NCBI GenBank assembly: GCA_012026655.1
Contig: JAAILG010000019.1
Location: forward strand, 124,001 to 188,000
Direction: 5' to 3'
Source of the DNA: Hydrolagus affinis
Taxonomy: Eukaryota
DNA length: 64,000 bases
The notes below the pieces were generated by a model. That model was not told the origin of the DNA. It saw only the letters and a list, made by a program, of their open reading frames with translations, and did not search any database. Positions 12,981-26,600 of the stretch are shown here, one piece after another. The position numbers and the translations under genes were made by a program. Position 1 is the stretch's first letter. The number at the start of each line of letters is the position of its first letter.

Positions 12981-13437
12981 CTAAAATCATCTACCTTGCA
13001 ATTCAGAGTGCTTTCTTTTGATCTTCCCGCTGATTGACCAGTTAAAACCACCATACCTGCTCGGGCTTTGCAGAATTAACAGGAGCCAAGTGAAAAGAAT
13101 TTCTGCCCCCCCAGTGAACAGCATGGATATGCTTTGCTCAGGATCCAGACTACTTACTTGTCCACTGATGGTAACATGCTTTACCTTGCAAAGCCTCCAA
13201 GTAGATCATGCTTATTCCCAACCATTCCCACCCTCCCAAGGATTCTCTATAACTCATCCTGGATATTAATCTTATATTTTAAGATAAAGAAACAGTGTGA
13301 TCTAACATTTAATTGCAATTTGCTTTCCAAGTAAAGTAAGAACTGATTAGTAGAACATTTTTCTGGAGTTCTACTACCATATGAGAATATTTATTTAGGG
13401 ATTACAAGCTCTGCCAGTGTGATTTAAGCCACATATT

Positions 13438-13492
13438 TCAACAACAACAACTTTGATTTATATAGCGCCCTCCACACTGGACGATGTCTTCA
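13438..13492 (-). mobile_element. Short L2-like 3' tail of a second family
   Basis: (caa)n-ctttgatttatatagcgc is identical in this motif to 59080-59122. Confidence 0.7.
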
Positions 13493-15554
13493 ATATTGTA
13501 CTCAATGAAATTCACTTCATAGATCCTGTAAATTAGTCTGCATATGTATCCCATTGGTCTAAATAAACCTAAATAAACTGCAACATCCTTGAAGTTCTCC
13601 ACTAAGAATAATTTTAAATATGAACTCTGTGTTTCTCCATTTGAAATGGCTTCAAATGCGATCTGTATGGCTATTCATTGGGACTAACTACTGTTGCAGT
13701 CATCATGCTGTCATCCTTCTGATCAGAGATACACTAATACTTCTGTCTGAAACATTATTGGCTCAGAACAAAATCATATAATGGGAATTCTATTAGACAG
13801 AAATACAATACGTTCATGCAATTTAAAATAACCTTTCGGAGCACTAACTCTAAGATTTGACTTTGGATGCAGCTTCAAATGAAGTTTCCTGGTAGGACGT
13901 AAATATAGTAGAACTGTGCTTGTGATCCCGAGAGAAATTTGGATTTGAGTGGTCACTCATTCTGAATAAGATCTGACAACCAATAACATCAATTGCGGAA
14001 AACAATTACCGGTAATGTGAAATAAAGCCTTATTTTTAAAGTAATGTTAAAGCATGCATTCAAATAATGTACAGTTACTAGCCTATACACAAACAGTCAC
14101 ACACCAATTAATTTGTAGGAGCAAAATGAAATAAAGGGAAAGACTGTCCCCTACATCAGTCCCTTTAAATTGCTAAATTATTTGCCTCAAACAGCTGATC
14201 AGCCCTAGTGATGCCTCCGATACTGTCTTACCTGATTGTTGTTGAGGTTTCTGATTGTTGATATACTGGTTTGCTTCTTCATTACCACTTAACTACCCTG
14301 ATTTATTTCTGATGACTCTCTGGATTGCATTATCTATTAGGCTGTGGGACTAGATTTTTAGAATACAGGTATTTAGCTCCCTTGCCTATACCTCAGGATA
14401 TTTGAGAAACCATTCGCTCTGTGCCATAAGTATTGGTAATGAAAATGCCTTGTTCCAGTGTTGCTTAATGCTTTCCTTATTCCAGGAGTAATCTATGTAT
14501 TGTTTGTTTAGATTGACAGATATGTATTTCATGCAAATCTGCTTTTGGCTCACATATTTATAACTAGGGAATTTGTCTTCCTGCATATAATATAACAAAT
14601 GGCCCTGGTGTCATCTAATTTGAAACAAAAAAACATTTTTGTAGATTTAAACTTTAAAAAAAAGGCAAAGCAAAGAGATTATAATCATTTCTGACTGTTT
14701 TGACATTGTATACATAAAAAAGATTGTTGGTAGAATTGAAAAATAGCTCAGTGCTTTTTTCCATCATATGGTGTAGGAGCAGTTAAACTGACAACAAATA
14801 TTTTAATAATTTGCTGCTATGTCTGAGTTAAAAGTCTTTGAGATACAGGTAATTAAACTGTCTGTTAGCTGAAATCCTTCAGAGGCTCAGTTTCGTCCCT
14901 GGCAGCTGGTGATGCATTATAGAGATGTTGAGCTAATCGATTAAAACCACAGAGACAGGGGAGTTGTTTGACAGCACTATACTAAGATGAAATTAGTCAG
15001 AGCTGAGCAGTGAGATGAGGGGGTTGCAAGTGGGTGCACCTCATTTGGGAGAATCAAGGGTGCAGGCGACAGCATTCACTGATGCCTGTGTAATTAGAAA
15101 GCCATGTTTGAACAGTGGTTTTGAGGTGTAAAAAGAACCAATGGATCATCAGGGTTGTTTCCAGTGAACCTGGCCTGTGTCCAGTAGGATTGAAATGACA
15201 TGAAATTATTCTGCTGCTAGGAAATGTGAAATCAGGCTAATTGCCTTTGAACCTATTGGTAGCTGTAGCAAAAAAAAAACTTCTGAGGGATATGCACATG
15301 TTGTATTTGAATGAGGAGAGAATTATAGCACACAAATTGGTTTGTGACTGTAAAAGTGGACTGAAAATCAGTTTCACATTTCAAACAAAGAAATCCTTTA
15401 TATTGCTGGCATGCATTATAAACTAGCCCAGTCATTTATAATTACTTGCTTGAGTTAGTGATAATTGGATGTTGTGCAAATAAATACATAAATATAATGA
15501 ATATTGTTGATTCATCCCATAAAATATCAGAACAATATGCTGTACACTTCCTTG

Positions 15555-15680
15555 GTGTTTGTCGGTCATTGCGCAGCACAAATAGGTTGCTACATTTGCC
15601 TACAAAATATGCAGTCACTGTGTTTTAAAGTAAATCCTGGTGTAAAATGCATTATATCAACTACAATAATTATTAATTAT
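15555..15680 (+). mobile_element. DeuSINE-type 3' fragment
   Basis: gtttgtcggtcattgcgcagcacaaataggttgctacatttgcctacaaaatatgcagtcact. Confidence 0.6.
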
Positions 15681-16574
15681 TCTTATCACAGCCTCTGCAT
15701 TGATTGTTTTGTTATACAGCATTACCAATTAATAACATTAGGTTCTTTCTTCCAGATATTGTAGTTTGTCAAAAATTAAAATACTATCCATTGCCAGCTC
15801 TTTCAAAGAAGCATTTACTGTTTGCCTATATCTGGTGTCTGAATTTGTCTATGCCAGTAAAATACCATTGGAAATGTATATTTGAATGGATGCATGTTTT
15901 AGAATTTGAACTAATGTACAGTTTTTCTTGTTTCACTTTCATATCCTTGTCTATTTGCAGTCAGTGAATTTCACCTCCTTCAAAACTCATTTGTGCTTGT
16001 AGCTTGGCCGAAAATCATAATTTAATTCCTATTATAGTTTTGCATTCAGTTGAATCTTATTTATCAAAATGTTTTGTCCCGAGTTAACCTCTTAAAGGAA
16101 ATAATGAAATAATATTTGTTTTAAATTTTTTCTCTAATCTAGTTTACTCTGTGCAGTAATAAATTCACTGAATGTATTAAATGGAAAATCAATATTTTAT
16201 TGTAATTGCATGCAGCAGGCAGGCCATATTGTTGCAGAATGTTACATTGCGGTATGGAATGTCTCCGGTTGTTTGGATGCTATGAGCTACATGGGTTTTT
16301 ATAATTTGGTGGCATCAAAATGATACAATAACTTGTATTGGGTGCTTTTAAACATTCCCCTACCATCTAAAAATTAACTATATAAATAGATATTTCGCTG
16401 ACCGAGTTCTCTTTAATAGTTTTGCATTTTATTCTACAGACGTTGAGCTTGCATTAGTGATATTTAATGTAGGCTTATGTTTCCATCATCTTCTAAAATT
16501 GGATTATTATTTTGTATTTTTAAAATTGCTGGAAGTATCTGAATTTGCAATTTGCTTTTTTTCATTGTTCAGTG

Positions 16575-17285
16575 TAGTGATTGTGATTTTTTTTAGGTGA
16601 AAATTGCAGCCAATATTCATACAACAATGTCCCACAAAGTCATGAAGTGAGTCAACAATTTTATCTGGGGGTTTGGGGGCCAGTCACCAGAAGAAAACTC
16701 CCTTCTTCACTGCCTTCCCTCATCTCCGCAATATTGCCCGACTCCGCCATTACCTCATCTCCAAGGCCACTGAAACCCTATTTCATGCCTTCATCACATC
16801 CCGGCTCGACTGGTGGGAGTAGCCACTCTGCTCCCAACCTCTGGAACTCCATTCTGCAGTCCCTCTGCCTCGCCCCCTCCCTGGGCTCCTTCAAGTCCTG
16901 CCTCACGACCTTTCTCTTCAATAGTCCCATCGATTACCTCCAAATCCTCCTCTTTCCCTCCATCCTCCCCGACCCTGACCTCAGCTTGGGTCTGAAAGAA
17001 TGACTGTCCAGTGGCTTGGGAAATCCTCCTAATGTTAAGGATGCTATATAAGTGTAATTTTGTTGTTGTTTTTCAAAAAGTCCTACAGGAATTTCAATCT
17101 CCACTTGTACAGGCAGACAGAACCTGGGTTTAACATCTCATATGAAGAAAAGCACTTCCAATAATGCAGCATATCTCCCAGCACTGTATTGGAATAGCCA
17201 CCCTGGAGTGTGAGTTCAAAGTTGTGATGTGGGCTTAACCTACAACTTTTCATTCAGAGATGAGAGATCTACCAACTGAGACAAT
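16575..17285 (-). mobile_element. SacSINE1-like DeuSINE split by an L2 insertion
   Basis: The left piece (gcagccaat...tcccacaaa...gaaaactcc) and the right piece (aggcagacag...ggtttaacatctcat...acaactttt...gagagatctaccaactgag) are collinear with the reverse complement of the recalled consensus. Confidence 0.75.
16702..17070 (+). mobile_element. L2 3' fragment with internal deletion
   Basis: ctccgcaatattgcccgactccgcc matches 22699-22723. Also ctggaactcc and tail ataagtgtaattttgttgttgtt. Confidence 0.88.
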
Positions 17286-20071
17286 TTAGCTGCATCCAAT
17301 TTTTCCATGCCCATAACAAATTTTAAAAGACTTTTATCAAGTCTCTACTAGTCTTTTTCAAGAGAGAAAAAATCTTAGATAGTCAAAAGCTTGTCCTCAC
17401 ATCTCTGTACGCTAAAATTGATCTAGCGCTCACACTTCCAAAGTGACAAAACAAAGAACTAAAATATAATAGTCACAAAGCTTTCACTTTACCAAGTTGT
17501 TGCATGTCAAGGTCAGTGGGACTTGTGTTGCTGTGGCAAAAAAAAGTTAGGATTGATTTTAAAAAGAGTGGAATTATTTACCTACTTGACTGTTGTTGAA
17601 CTGGAGGAACTGGGATTTCGGCAATCCCTGGTGACTGCTCTATCTCGGGAACTTAAAAACAATCAGCCTTGCTTTCTACCTGTGTGTTTTGTCAGTTCCC
17701 TATTGATTCTGGCGAGCTACTGGTGTTTTGTTTTTCAGGCAGATACTTTTAAATAATGGTCCTACATGCACATAGTCAAACACTTTCTATGGTGTTCAGA
17801 CATGCACAGACAAAGAAAGCCATCCAATGGACAGAATCCACTGGAACTGTTTTTTGTACCAATGTGGGTACACTTGCCGAAGGTTTGCCATAATTGCCTT
17901 ACGTCATGTCTATTGAATCTGGAAACTAATTAAAATTAGATAAAGCAGAAATCGTTATTATACTGGAAGATTCATTAATAATTAACCGCTTAATGAGAGT
18001 ATTTGTTTAAAGAAAACATGTTTGCAAGTTACAGTTTTACTTCCGCAGTGATGGCAACAGTTCAGCAAAGGAAACATTTTGCCAGTCACTGCAGAGTTCT
18101 AATGTTGATTTGTTTCTTAAAGAAAATATAGTGGAGAACAAAATATATATATATATTTTTAAAACAGATTAAATTTTTCTGTGTGTGTAAATTCAAGTTG
18201 CTTCTCTTTTTTTTAAAAAAAAAGCACAGGCATATGTTTCAATGAATCAATGTTCCTGAATCTATGAATTTATTACCTGACCAGATCCCTCCTGAATTTG
18301 CTTTGTGATCAGTCCCTCCCGTTTCAGTTTCCCAGTTGTTTTCCTTTGCTACAGATATACTGAGGCATCTTGTTTTTGTGCTTCTGCAAAACTGTGAAGC
18401 CTCTGTCTTAATTGTGGCAACAGAAGACCTGAATTTATTGAATCTTAAATGGAGAAATACATATTTTCTATTACACAGGTGATGACATCACCTCCTTGAA
18501 ATACTTTTTTTTTGTAATGACACCACCATGAAATATGTCATAGTGCAATACAAGGAAGGACGAATGGCATTGTGAGAAGCAATGAAAAGGGCTCACCATA
18601 TCTCACACATAATGCTGGATCCACCCCTTAATCTAATTCACAATTAACCGTTTATACTGATTCAAAATTTGTTCTTTGAATTACTGAATGAATGGCAGAA
18701 ACAAAACGTAAGTTGAGGCTTCACAAGATATGAATTCTAACTTTTTTTTCTGAGGAAAACTTGCAACTTACTTCCTCATGAGGTCCATCCAATACAGATG
18801 CCCATCATGCACACATATTTATATTTCTAATATGTGTTATATGTCTAAAGATATATGTTCTATGCATTTATAGTATTTGGGCTTGTGTGGTAATCAGTTT
18901 GTGTTTTAAAAAGCTGCAATGCTTATTCCTTTTAGCAAAGATCCCTTAGTCTTTTATGTCGTAACATTCATCTTTTTTTAAACTGACCTGCTCATAATAA
19001 ATTGGAGTGCTGCTTTAAATCAGTGTTGAGTCTTTAATAGAATGAGTGAAGTGATTCCGTGGTTTAATTCAACATTTGCAATAAGATGACTTGTACCCTA
19101 ATGGCTTGTAATTAATTTTTCAGAAAATCATATTTATGATAGTCTGCAGATTCAGGGCTTTATCTAATACATAATGTTCATCTCAAGCCCTTAATTGCAT
19201 TTAAATTAAAATTGGCTTAGCAGGAAGATGGATTGTGGGAATGCATCAAACCACCCAGCATGTCTTAAAGATGTGACCATGAAATGCAATTCTGTGAAGA
19301 TGTGCATAATTATTTGGAGTTCATTAATTTTTATTCCATATGTAGAGTAAAGTGAGATTTAAAAAAAAATGAAATATTTATGTTTATGTCAGTGGCATAA
19401 TGTTATATTTACTTCTGTGTCTACAGAACGAGCAAGGGTTCAATCATCTACTCTGATTGTAGTTATTAAATCTGTGGAGTGGTGTAATTTGTATCCAGTC
19501 TGTCATTGTGACTCTGAGAATTATCTTGATCTTGCTAGGTGATATTTTAATTCCACCATAAGGTTGGGAGGAGGAGAATTGTCATTTACTATTCACCAAT
19601 CAGGCCTTGACAGTAGTATTGCTTATTTTCTCATTTCATCACTGGAGCATGCCAACTTATCTCAGTCCTAATTACAGTCAGACTGAGAAGTTCCAAATAT
19701 TCCCTCAGCGGTAATATTTTTCTGCCTGGATGAGTCATTTTGTTGTTTGGCATACTGAAGCACTATTCATTCATTGTTGTAACACTACCCCTCATGTAGT
19801 GCTGTGTCTTTTTTTTTCCATTGCTGTCTGTTAGACAACTTTTATCCTGCTGTGACATTTCAAGCTGTACAACTATAAGAACACACTCTGCTTCCTTCTA
19901 TCTGACTGATTGGGCAGCAGCCAACTCTTTATTCAGGACCAAGGACAGGAGAAGGCACTAGTTGTGAAGAACTGCTTAATGATCTGTTAGTCAAGCACCT
20001 CTCTCCTGCTGAGAGATGATGCTCTTTGTTTTGGCTATGGACAGGGAAATCCTTTCCAGTTTAGCTGCAAC

Positions 20072-20193
20072 GTGTGTCTATTTGTGTGTGACAGACACAA
20101 GTGTGTATGTGTGTGTATATTACACACATATATATATTTTATAAATATGCGTAGCTCCTCTATATATAGTATGTGTGTGTATACATATATTAC
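20072..20193. repeat. Mixed (TG)/(CA)/(TA) microsatellite region
   Basis: Read directly from the sequence. Confidence 0.7.
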
Positions 20194-20269
20194 ATAAAAT
20201 AATTCTATACATATTCATTTTGTGCCATTTGAATAATTTAGTAATAAATACATGTCGTTGGTGGCTTCA

Positions 20270-20603
20270 TAGCTGTTTGTGTATAGCGCCTTTTGTGTCA
20301 CAAGGATGTCCCAAGGCCTTGGATAATCCGTATTTTGGAACCAAGCTGGGGGAGGAAGGGTCAGGATTGAGGGGGTGGAGGGCAGTGGGGGAAGGAAGGT
20401 GACCAAAGGCACATTCAAAAAGGAGTGTCTTAAGATGGGTCTTGGAGGGGACGAGGTAGAGGGTCAGTGGGATGGGCAGAGTGTCAGTGTCAGAAGGCCT
20501 GACCGCCAATCTTGGGGTGGGTAAGCCAGGGGATGTGAAGCAGGCCGGAGCCCGCTGAGCAGAGGGAGTGTTCAGGTTGGTAGGGAGTTAAAAGGTCACG
20601 ACT
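20270..20603 (-). mobile_element. L2 3' fragment
   Basis: tatagcgccttttgtgtcacaaggatgtcccaagg followed by the purine-rich reverse complement of the L2 ORF2 end. Confidence 0.85.
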
Positions 20604-21391
20604 GCAAAAATCAAGAAGTATTTCTTCAGTTGTAGAAACTGAATAAGACAGCAAGTAGGAGATTAAGGCCATTGCACTGGAGTGTGTTTAAGAAGCTGCG
20701 TAATGCTATGATGGGAGGAGAGAAGAATGAGCATTCTTTAAGGGTGAGATCAAAGAGGCCGAAAGGCATTTTTCATCCAAACCTGTCGTATGATCTTGAT
20801 TTTTGAGAATGATTTTGATCATTCTCTCAATTGGTAAAGGCTTTTAAAATATGTTGACTTTTCACTGAATTTAGTAAATTGCTTATTTACAACCAGCTAC
20901 AAATTTTCAACAATTGCAACTTGACAAATGAATATTTAGATTTTTAGGGAAGTGGTTCCTATGTACCGAATAGTGACTACAATTTTTGCATTGAAAATTT
21001 AGGGTAGTTATTTCTACTTTCAGCTGCTTCCAGGTAGTAATGACCACATGTTTTCACGACTGTAAATAGCTGAACTCCGTGAAAGCGGTTTATTGCTATC
21101 TGAAGGGTGTTATAATATTGCACAATGGGAGGCCAGTGGAAGGGAAACCTGGCAGCCCACAAGTGCAACAGGTTATTGTTCTCAATGTATTGTCTCACAG
21201 AGTGCATCTGTAATTCCTCACGTAAGTTCTTGGTCTCGACTGGGCCATCGGAAGAAGATGGTAACAGGATACCAGGCACTTCAGAAGGAGCGATGAACTA
21301 TCAACTGGTGAGTCACCCAGTCATCTTGTGCATGTTGTAAGCTGTGGTATAGGCAGTGGCATATACAGAATTCTTGGAACAGTGTTTGGTG

Positions 21392-21500
21392 AATAATAAT
21401 ACTGTACTTGCATTTCATATAGCACCATATCCCGTCTTCACCGTACTTCACAGAATATATTGTAAATTGAATTGACTTTATAGTTTGTGGGCAAAATATA
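21392..21500 (-). mobile_element. DeuSINE-type SINE 3' fragment
   Basis: cttgcatttcatatagcacc...cttcacagaatatattgtaaattgaattgact...tttgtgggcaaaa. Confidence 0.75.
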
Positions 21501-22035
21501 ATAAGGATGGGTAAGATTGGAAAAAATAAATCAATATCTATTATTGAGGTTAGAGTTAAGACATTGTTTGAGAGTATAGTGGGGGGAGCTTCACCTTGTA
21601 TGTTGTATGTTGGCAATTTTATATGTTCTACCCTAGGGATTCCTTGAAGCTGAGGATAAAATGTAGAATAGCGCTTTGTTCACCAGCGCTGATGTTCCTT
21701 GACCTCAGCACAAAAACATCACCAACAAATCTAAAGTTTAATTAAAAAAAATCTATCTAACCTTTACACTTTATATTTCCTTGATGTGTGGTGTCTGCTT
21801 AAACAGACTCACTACCTTCCCCTATGTAATTCACTTCTTCAAGAACTATAGCTTTTCCCCAATGGGCCACAAAGCAATATTTTGAGAAATCAATGAATGT
21901 TGTTTTCCAGCCATTGATTTTTTAGCAAGTACTGCCTATCTTTTCATGTGCCCTTTTAAAGTAAAATTTCAAACCATGACTATGTACTAGTTATTGTTTG
22001 GAGGGAGGAGAATCCTACAGTATTTCTTTATTGGA

Positions 22036-23374
22036 AGCACGGAAACTGCCCTGGTCAAGGTCACAAACAACTTCCTGACCATCTGTGTCCAGGGCTCCCT
22101 CTGTCTCCTCATCCTCCTCGACCTATCCACTGCCTTCGATACCGTGAACCACGGTATCCTCCTCCACCGTCTCTCCTCCCTCCTCAACCTGCAAGGATCT
22201 ATCCCCGAATGGTTCCGATCCTATTTCTCCCACCGCCTTCACTTCATCTCTTCTAACGGCTTCTCCTCCAGCCCCTGCACAGTCACATGCGGTGTTTCCC
22301 AGGGCTCTGTCCTTGGCCCCCTGCTCTTCACCCTCTACTCTCCCCCTGGGCGACATCATCTGTAGACATGGGGTAAATTTACACATGTACGCGGATGACA
22401 TCAACTCTGCCTATCCGCGTCAACCCTCGATTCCAGGACCACTGGCATTCTGACTGCATGTCTGTCCGATATCAAATCCTGGATGAGGGCAAATATCCTA
22501 CAACTCAACGTCAACAAGACGGAAGCCCTCCTGCTTGGCTCACGTCAGCGCCTCCACAACTCAGGGGCTGACAACATCAGCGTTCAAGGCTGCTCTCTCC
22601 ACCTCTCGAAGCCAATCAGGAATCTGGGCATCTTGTTCGACTCCAAGCTATCCTTCCTCCCCCACATCCGCTCCATAACCGGCACAGCCTTCCATCACCT
22701 CCGCAATATTGCCAGACTCCGCCACTACCTCACCCCCACGTCGCCGAAACCCTCATCCACACCTTTATCACTTCCAGGCTCGACTATGGGAACTCTCTCT
22801 TCGTCGGCGTCCCCAGATCCTCCCTTCACAGGCTGCAGATCATTCAGAAATCTGCAGTTCATGTACTCTCCCATACCAGGCTTCGCAACCACATCAGTCC
22901 CACCCTCGCCCATCTCCACTGGCTCCTCGTCACCCAGAGGATCGCATTCAAGATCCTTGTCCTCACTTTCAAGGCCATTCACGGCCTTGCCCCTGCCTAT
23001 CTCTCTGACCTACTGTCTCTCTATCAGCCTGCCCGCACCCTCTGTTCAGCAGACTCAGGACTGCTCCACGTCCACTGCCCTAACCATCCAATCATCGGTG
23101 GCCAGGCTTCAGCTTCTCTGCTCCCACATTGTGGAACTCCATCCCACAGCCCCTCCGCCTTGCTTCCTCGCTTTCCTCCTTCAAGGAAGACCTTCCTCTT
23201 TGACTGCGCCTTCGCCTGCCCCACTAACTCTTCCCCCTCTCCCACTCTCCTTCCCCTTCCCCCTACTTCGACCCTCCCACCCCCAATACCCCGCTCAGGA
23301 GCCGACCAGACTGTTCATCGCTTTGGGACATCCTTCCAACGTGAAAGGCGCTATATAAGTGCAATGTTGTTGTT
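22036..23374 (+). mobile_element. L2 LINE, 5'-truncated (about 1.34 kb); reverse transcriptase remnant with frameshifts
   Basis: STETALVKV..LLDLSTAFDTVNH..GVSQGSVLGPLLF..HMYADD..LQLNVNKTEALL. C-rich strand. Tail gtgaaaggcgctatataagtgcaatgttgttgtt. Confidence 0.95.
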
Positions 23375-23535
23375 TAGGTGATTTTAATGAAACCATTTTG
23401 GAAACTATTGTACAATAAAATATCAGGATTTATTTATTGTTACGCAAATGTTATAAAATGCACATTACCATGGAAAGAACCTGCTTCCCACAGGCTTATA
23501 TCAATTGTATAAAATAAATGTGTAATTTGCCTAAA

Positions 23536-23633
23536 TAGAAATTTACAGCACAGAAGAAGGCCATTTGGCCCAGCAAGCCTCACTGACTCTCCGAAGTGTT
23601 CATTCAGTCCCACTGCCCTGCCTTATCCTCATA
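23536..23633 (-). mobile_element. CR1 3' UTR fragment
   Basis: atagaaatttacagcacagaagaaggccatttggccca is close to the reverse complement of 51868-51904. Confidence 0.7.
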
Positions 23634-26600
23634 GTGGCCATTGCTATCAATCCAAATTTTTGTCTGATATTTTGCAGTAATTCTGCATTTGTCTTGAGCA
23701 TTTATGAGTGCATCAGATTTGTATATTCAATATTAATTTTACTGTTGTTTCATGTATTCTAATGACACTTTATTGTGTGATTGACTGTTCAACAATATCT
23801 TATCTGGACAGATCTTATCGAACCTACGCATTCTCACATTAAAGCCTGCAGCAGTTTTCCTGGTGTATACTTTCTATATTTATAATAACATTACACACAT
23901 TTATAAGCTACTATATCAAGTGATTTTTTTGAGGAAATAGTTCAAATGTATGATTATGTAACTTAGCCAATCATCAGATCAATCTTAAATGTATTTGGTG
24001 TCCTTTGTAATTGTTCATATAATAGAATAATATCAATTCGAGACCACGTGGATACCTGTAACTCATCTATGTCACTTTGTTATCAAACAAATTAGATGAA
24101 GTGAATTCTGGCTTGTAACTTATACTGGCCAATGTGTCTCCCTCCTGTTCCAGCACCTCCCTTCAGCAAAAAACCCCACAAGTCAAATGATGTACAAGTT
24201 ACTCAGCTATTTGTAAAGATGATGAAAATGTGAAAGTATGACTTACTTGAAGCTAGATTTTATTCTAAACACATATTCAGGAATAAAGTAAAGTTTATGC
24301 TTTACTATCCTGTTTTGTTGTTGGTGGTGGTGGTGTTACCATTTGCATGGGTTCCTGTCATTCGCTTAGTGTTTGAGCATATTTTTGGTGTCCAATGTCA
24401 TTAAAATTGCAATCTCATGGATATGATTTCTCAGAAATGGTTTGACAATCTTTAGAAATCAATTTGAGTGATTGATAATTTAAGTAAGTAGTCACAGGAA
24501 ATTAGATAAAGTCTGGTGTTGATTAGTAAATTACATTAAAACTAGAGCAGTGAGTACACGCACAAGGGGACACTACGCTGACTGCAAGATGTTACAATTG
24601 TGCCAACCCAGGGATTGGTCTATAGCTCCTTAGTATTGATAATATTTTCAGTGAATTGTAAGAAAATTCTCCATTTGCAGATGATATGAAAAAAGGAGGC
24701 CAATGAGGAGTAGTGCAATCAGGCTCAGTTGGATTTTGATCCTTTATTACTATGGCATGTAATAAGATGCAATCTGGGTTACATTGTATTATACAATTGA
24801 ACATTGTATTCCCCTTGAGTGGGAGCTAACCAGGGTCCCCTTGGATCTGAATGGGCTCCAAGGTGATATGTTTGGTAACAGAACATCAGAATTGAGTCAG
24901 TCCTATGTGGCGCTCTTGGTTGTGCAGTTCCTGAGCTAGGAAAGTCCACAGTACAGTATTCCAGGACACTGCTGATGACAGCAAGCACATCCAGCATGAC
25001 TCATCGCAGGACCTGGAAGGGCAGACTGGGGACGTGGATTTTTGCCACACAGCTCCCGTTAACCATACAAGCCAATCTCTATTAAATATCTATTGAACTT
25101 AAACCTCTATTAAATATTATCAAGTAATAATGCTGCATTTTCTCTTCCTTGAAGAGAGCGTGTTTTAAATCTCAGCACAGGAAGTTTACTCCTCAAAACT
25201 AAAACATACTCATAAATAGAACCATTTGTCTTTTTAAGATGTAATACATTCAGGTACAATGGTCACCTGGCATTTCATCATGGAGTAAATGACCTACGTA
25301 AGTCAAAATGTCTGGTACAGATTAAATGAAATACAATAACAAGAAATCAGGTGACTTGAAGAAGCAATGGTGCAGACGAAAAATGAAAATGAACAGTCTG
25401 ATTTGTAAAATTGATTTCTTCAGCTGAACATACACTTACAGGGGACAGTAAATATCTTCAATACATGAGGTCAGTTAGTGCACCTCACATGTTCTTCAAT
25501 TAATATAACATGCAAACGTTTAACCGTCTTACACTAGTGAAATCAAATTGTTTTATAATATGTTTTTCTGATGTGATAATCTGATCATTAATTGCAAAAA
25601 ATTACAGTGTCCAGCTTGCGACTTGGAAAGAAGTACATATTTTAAATGAGTAGACTTAGTGCAAAGATGGTGATTTGTACAATGAAACACCGCACCATCA
25701 ATAGACTAATAGTGACCCGGAGCACCTGAACATAGGCTTTGACAGGTTGATGAATTGGGACCGACACTTGCCAAAATAGCTGTCCTTCTCCCTGCCTGCC
25801 AGAAGAACATTTACACTCTGTTAATTGAAATTTCAATTTGTGTAGCTCTACCTGCCCTGAGCCACGGTAACAGTAGAACTGCCCTTTAGCTCTGTTAATC
25901 CAGGGTATGGGAATAAGAACATAAAGCCTCTTCAGAAATTATTCAAAATTTAAATTGACAGTTGGGGATTTTGTTAATAATTTTCTGTTGAACAAGAAAT
26001 CAATCAGAAGTGGCAATAATGTAGTCTTATTAAAAAAAAAGTTAAATGGACACTCAGCTGGTTGTGTCTTGAATCTGTCACAATATTTATTCATTGACTA
26101 ATTGAATTGTTGATTGTTTCTCTGTAATAATCCTACCACCTGCTAAACAGACCTGGTGAATGCAGCATTGTGCAGGTTTCTTTCCATGTGTGTACAGTTC
26201 CATTTTTATATTTATAGATTCGCTCCAACTCAGAATGGAAACTTCCAGGGAATCCACCCCCATCCCCAACTGGTTCACTCACCACCCATTAATTCAATCT
26301 TGTCCATTGTTGCAGTTAATTCATAGCAAGAGAGGAATGTTTTTCTTGTACAAGATTATAAAGAGCAAATTCTGTCAATCCTGCCACAATGGTCAAGGTT
26401 AGGGGAAAAAAAAGCCAGGTCAGAAATAAATGTCAGTCAGTCATTTCAATCTCAAGGGTGAGAGAGATGCATATCTGCTTCTGAAAGGCATTGCTTCAGG
26501 GTGAAGAGATGGTCTCTCAGAGTTTAAGAGGCTGACGAATAGGGACATGCCATTTTTTTTAAAGCATCTTGGTGATATTCATTCTCATGGTAATATAATT

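Noticed and set aside
17725-17888. Possible cryptic exon after gttttgtttttcag
   Set aside because: Only a weak donor (gtttgc) follows, and there is no NPAS3-like peptide.
22483-23358. 291-aa ORF
   Set aside because: Frameshifted L2 ORF2 remnant. The Pro/Ser-rich part is an off-frame reading of C-rich LINE DNA.
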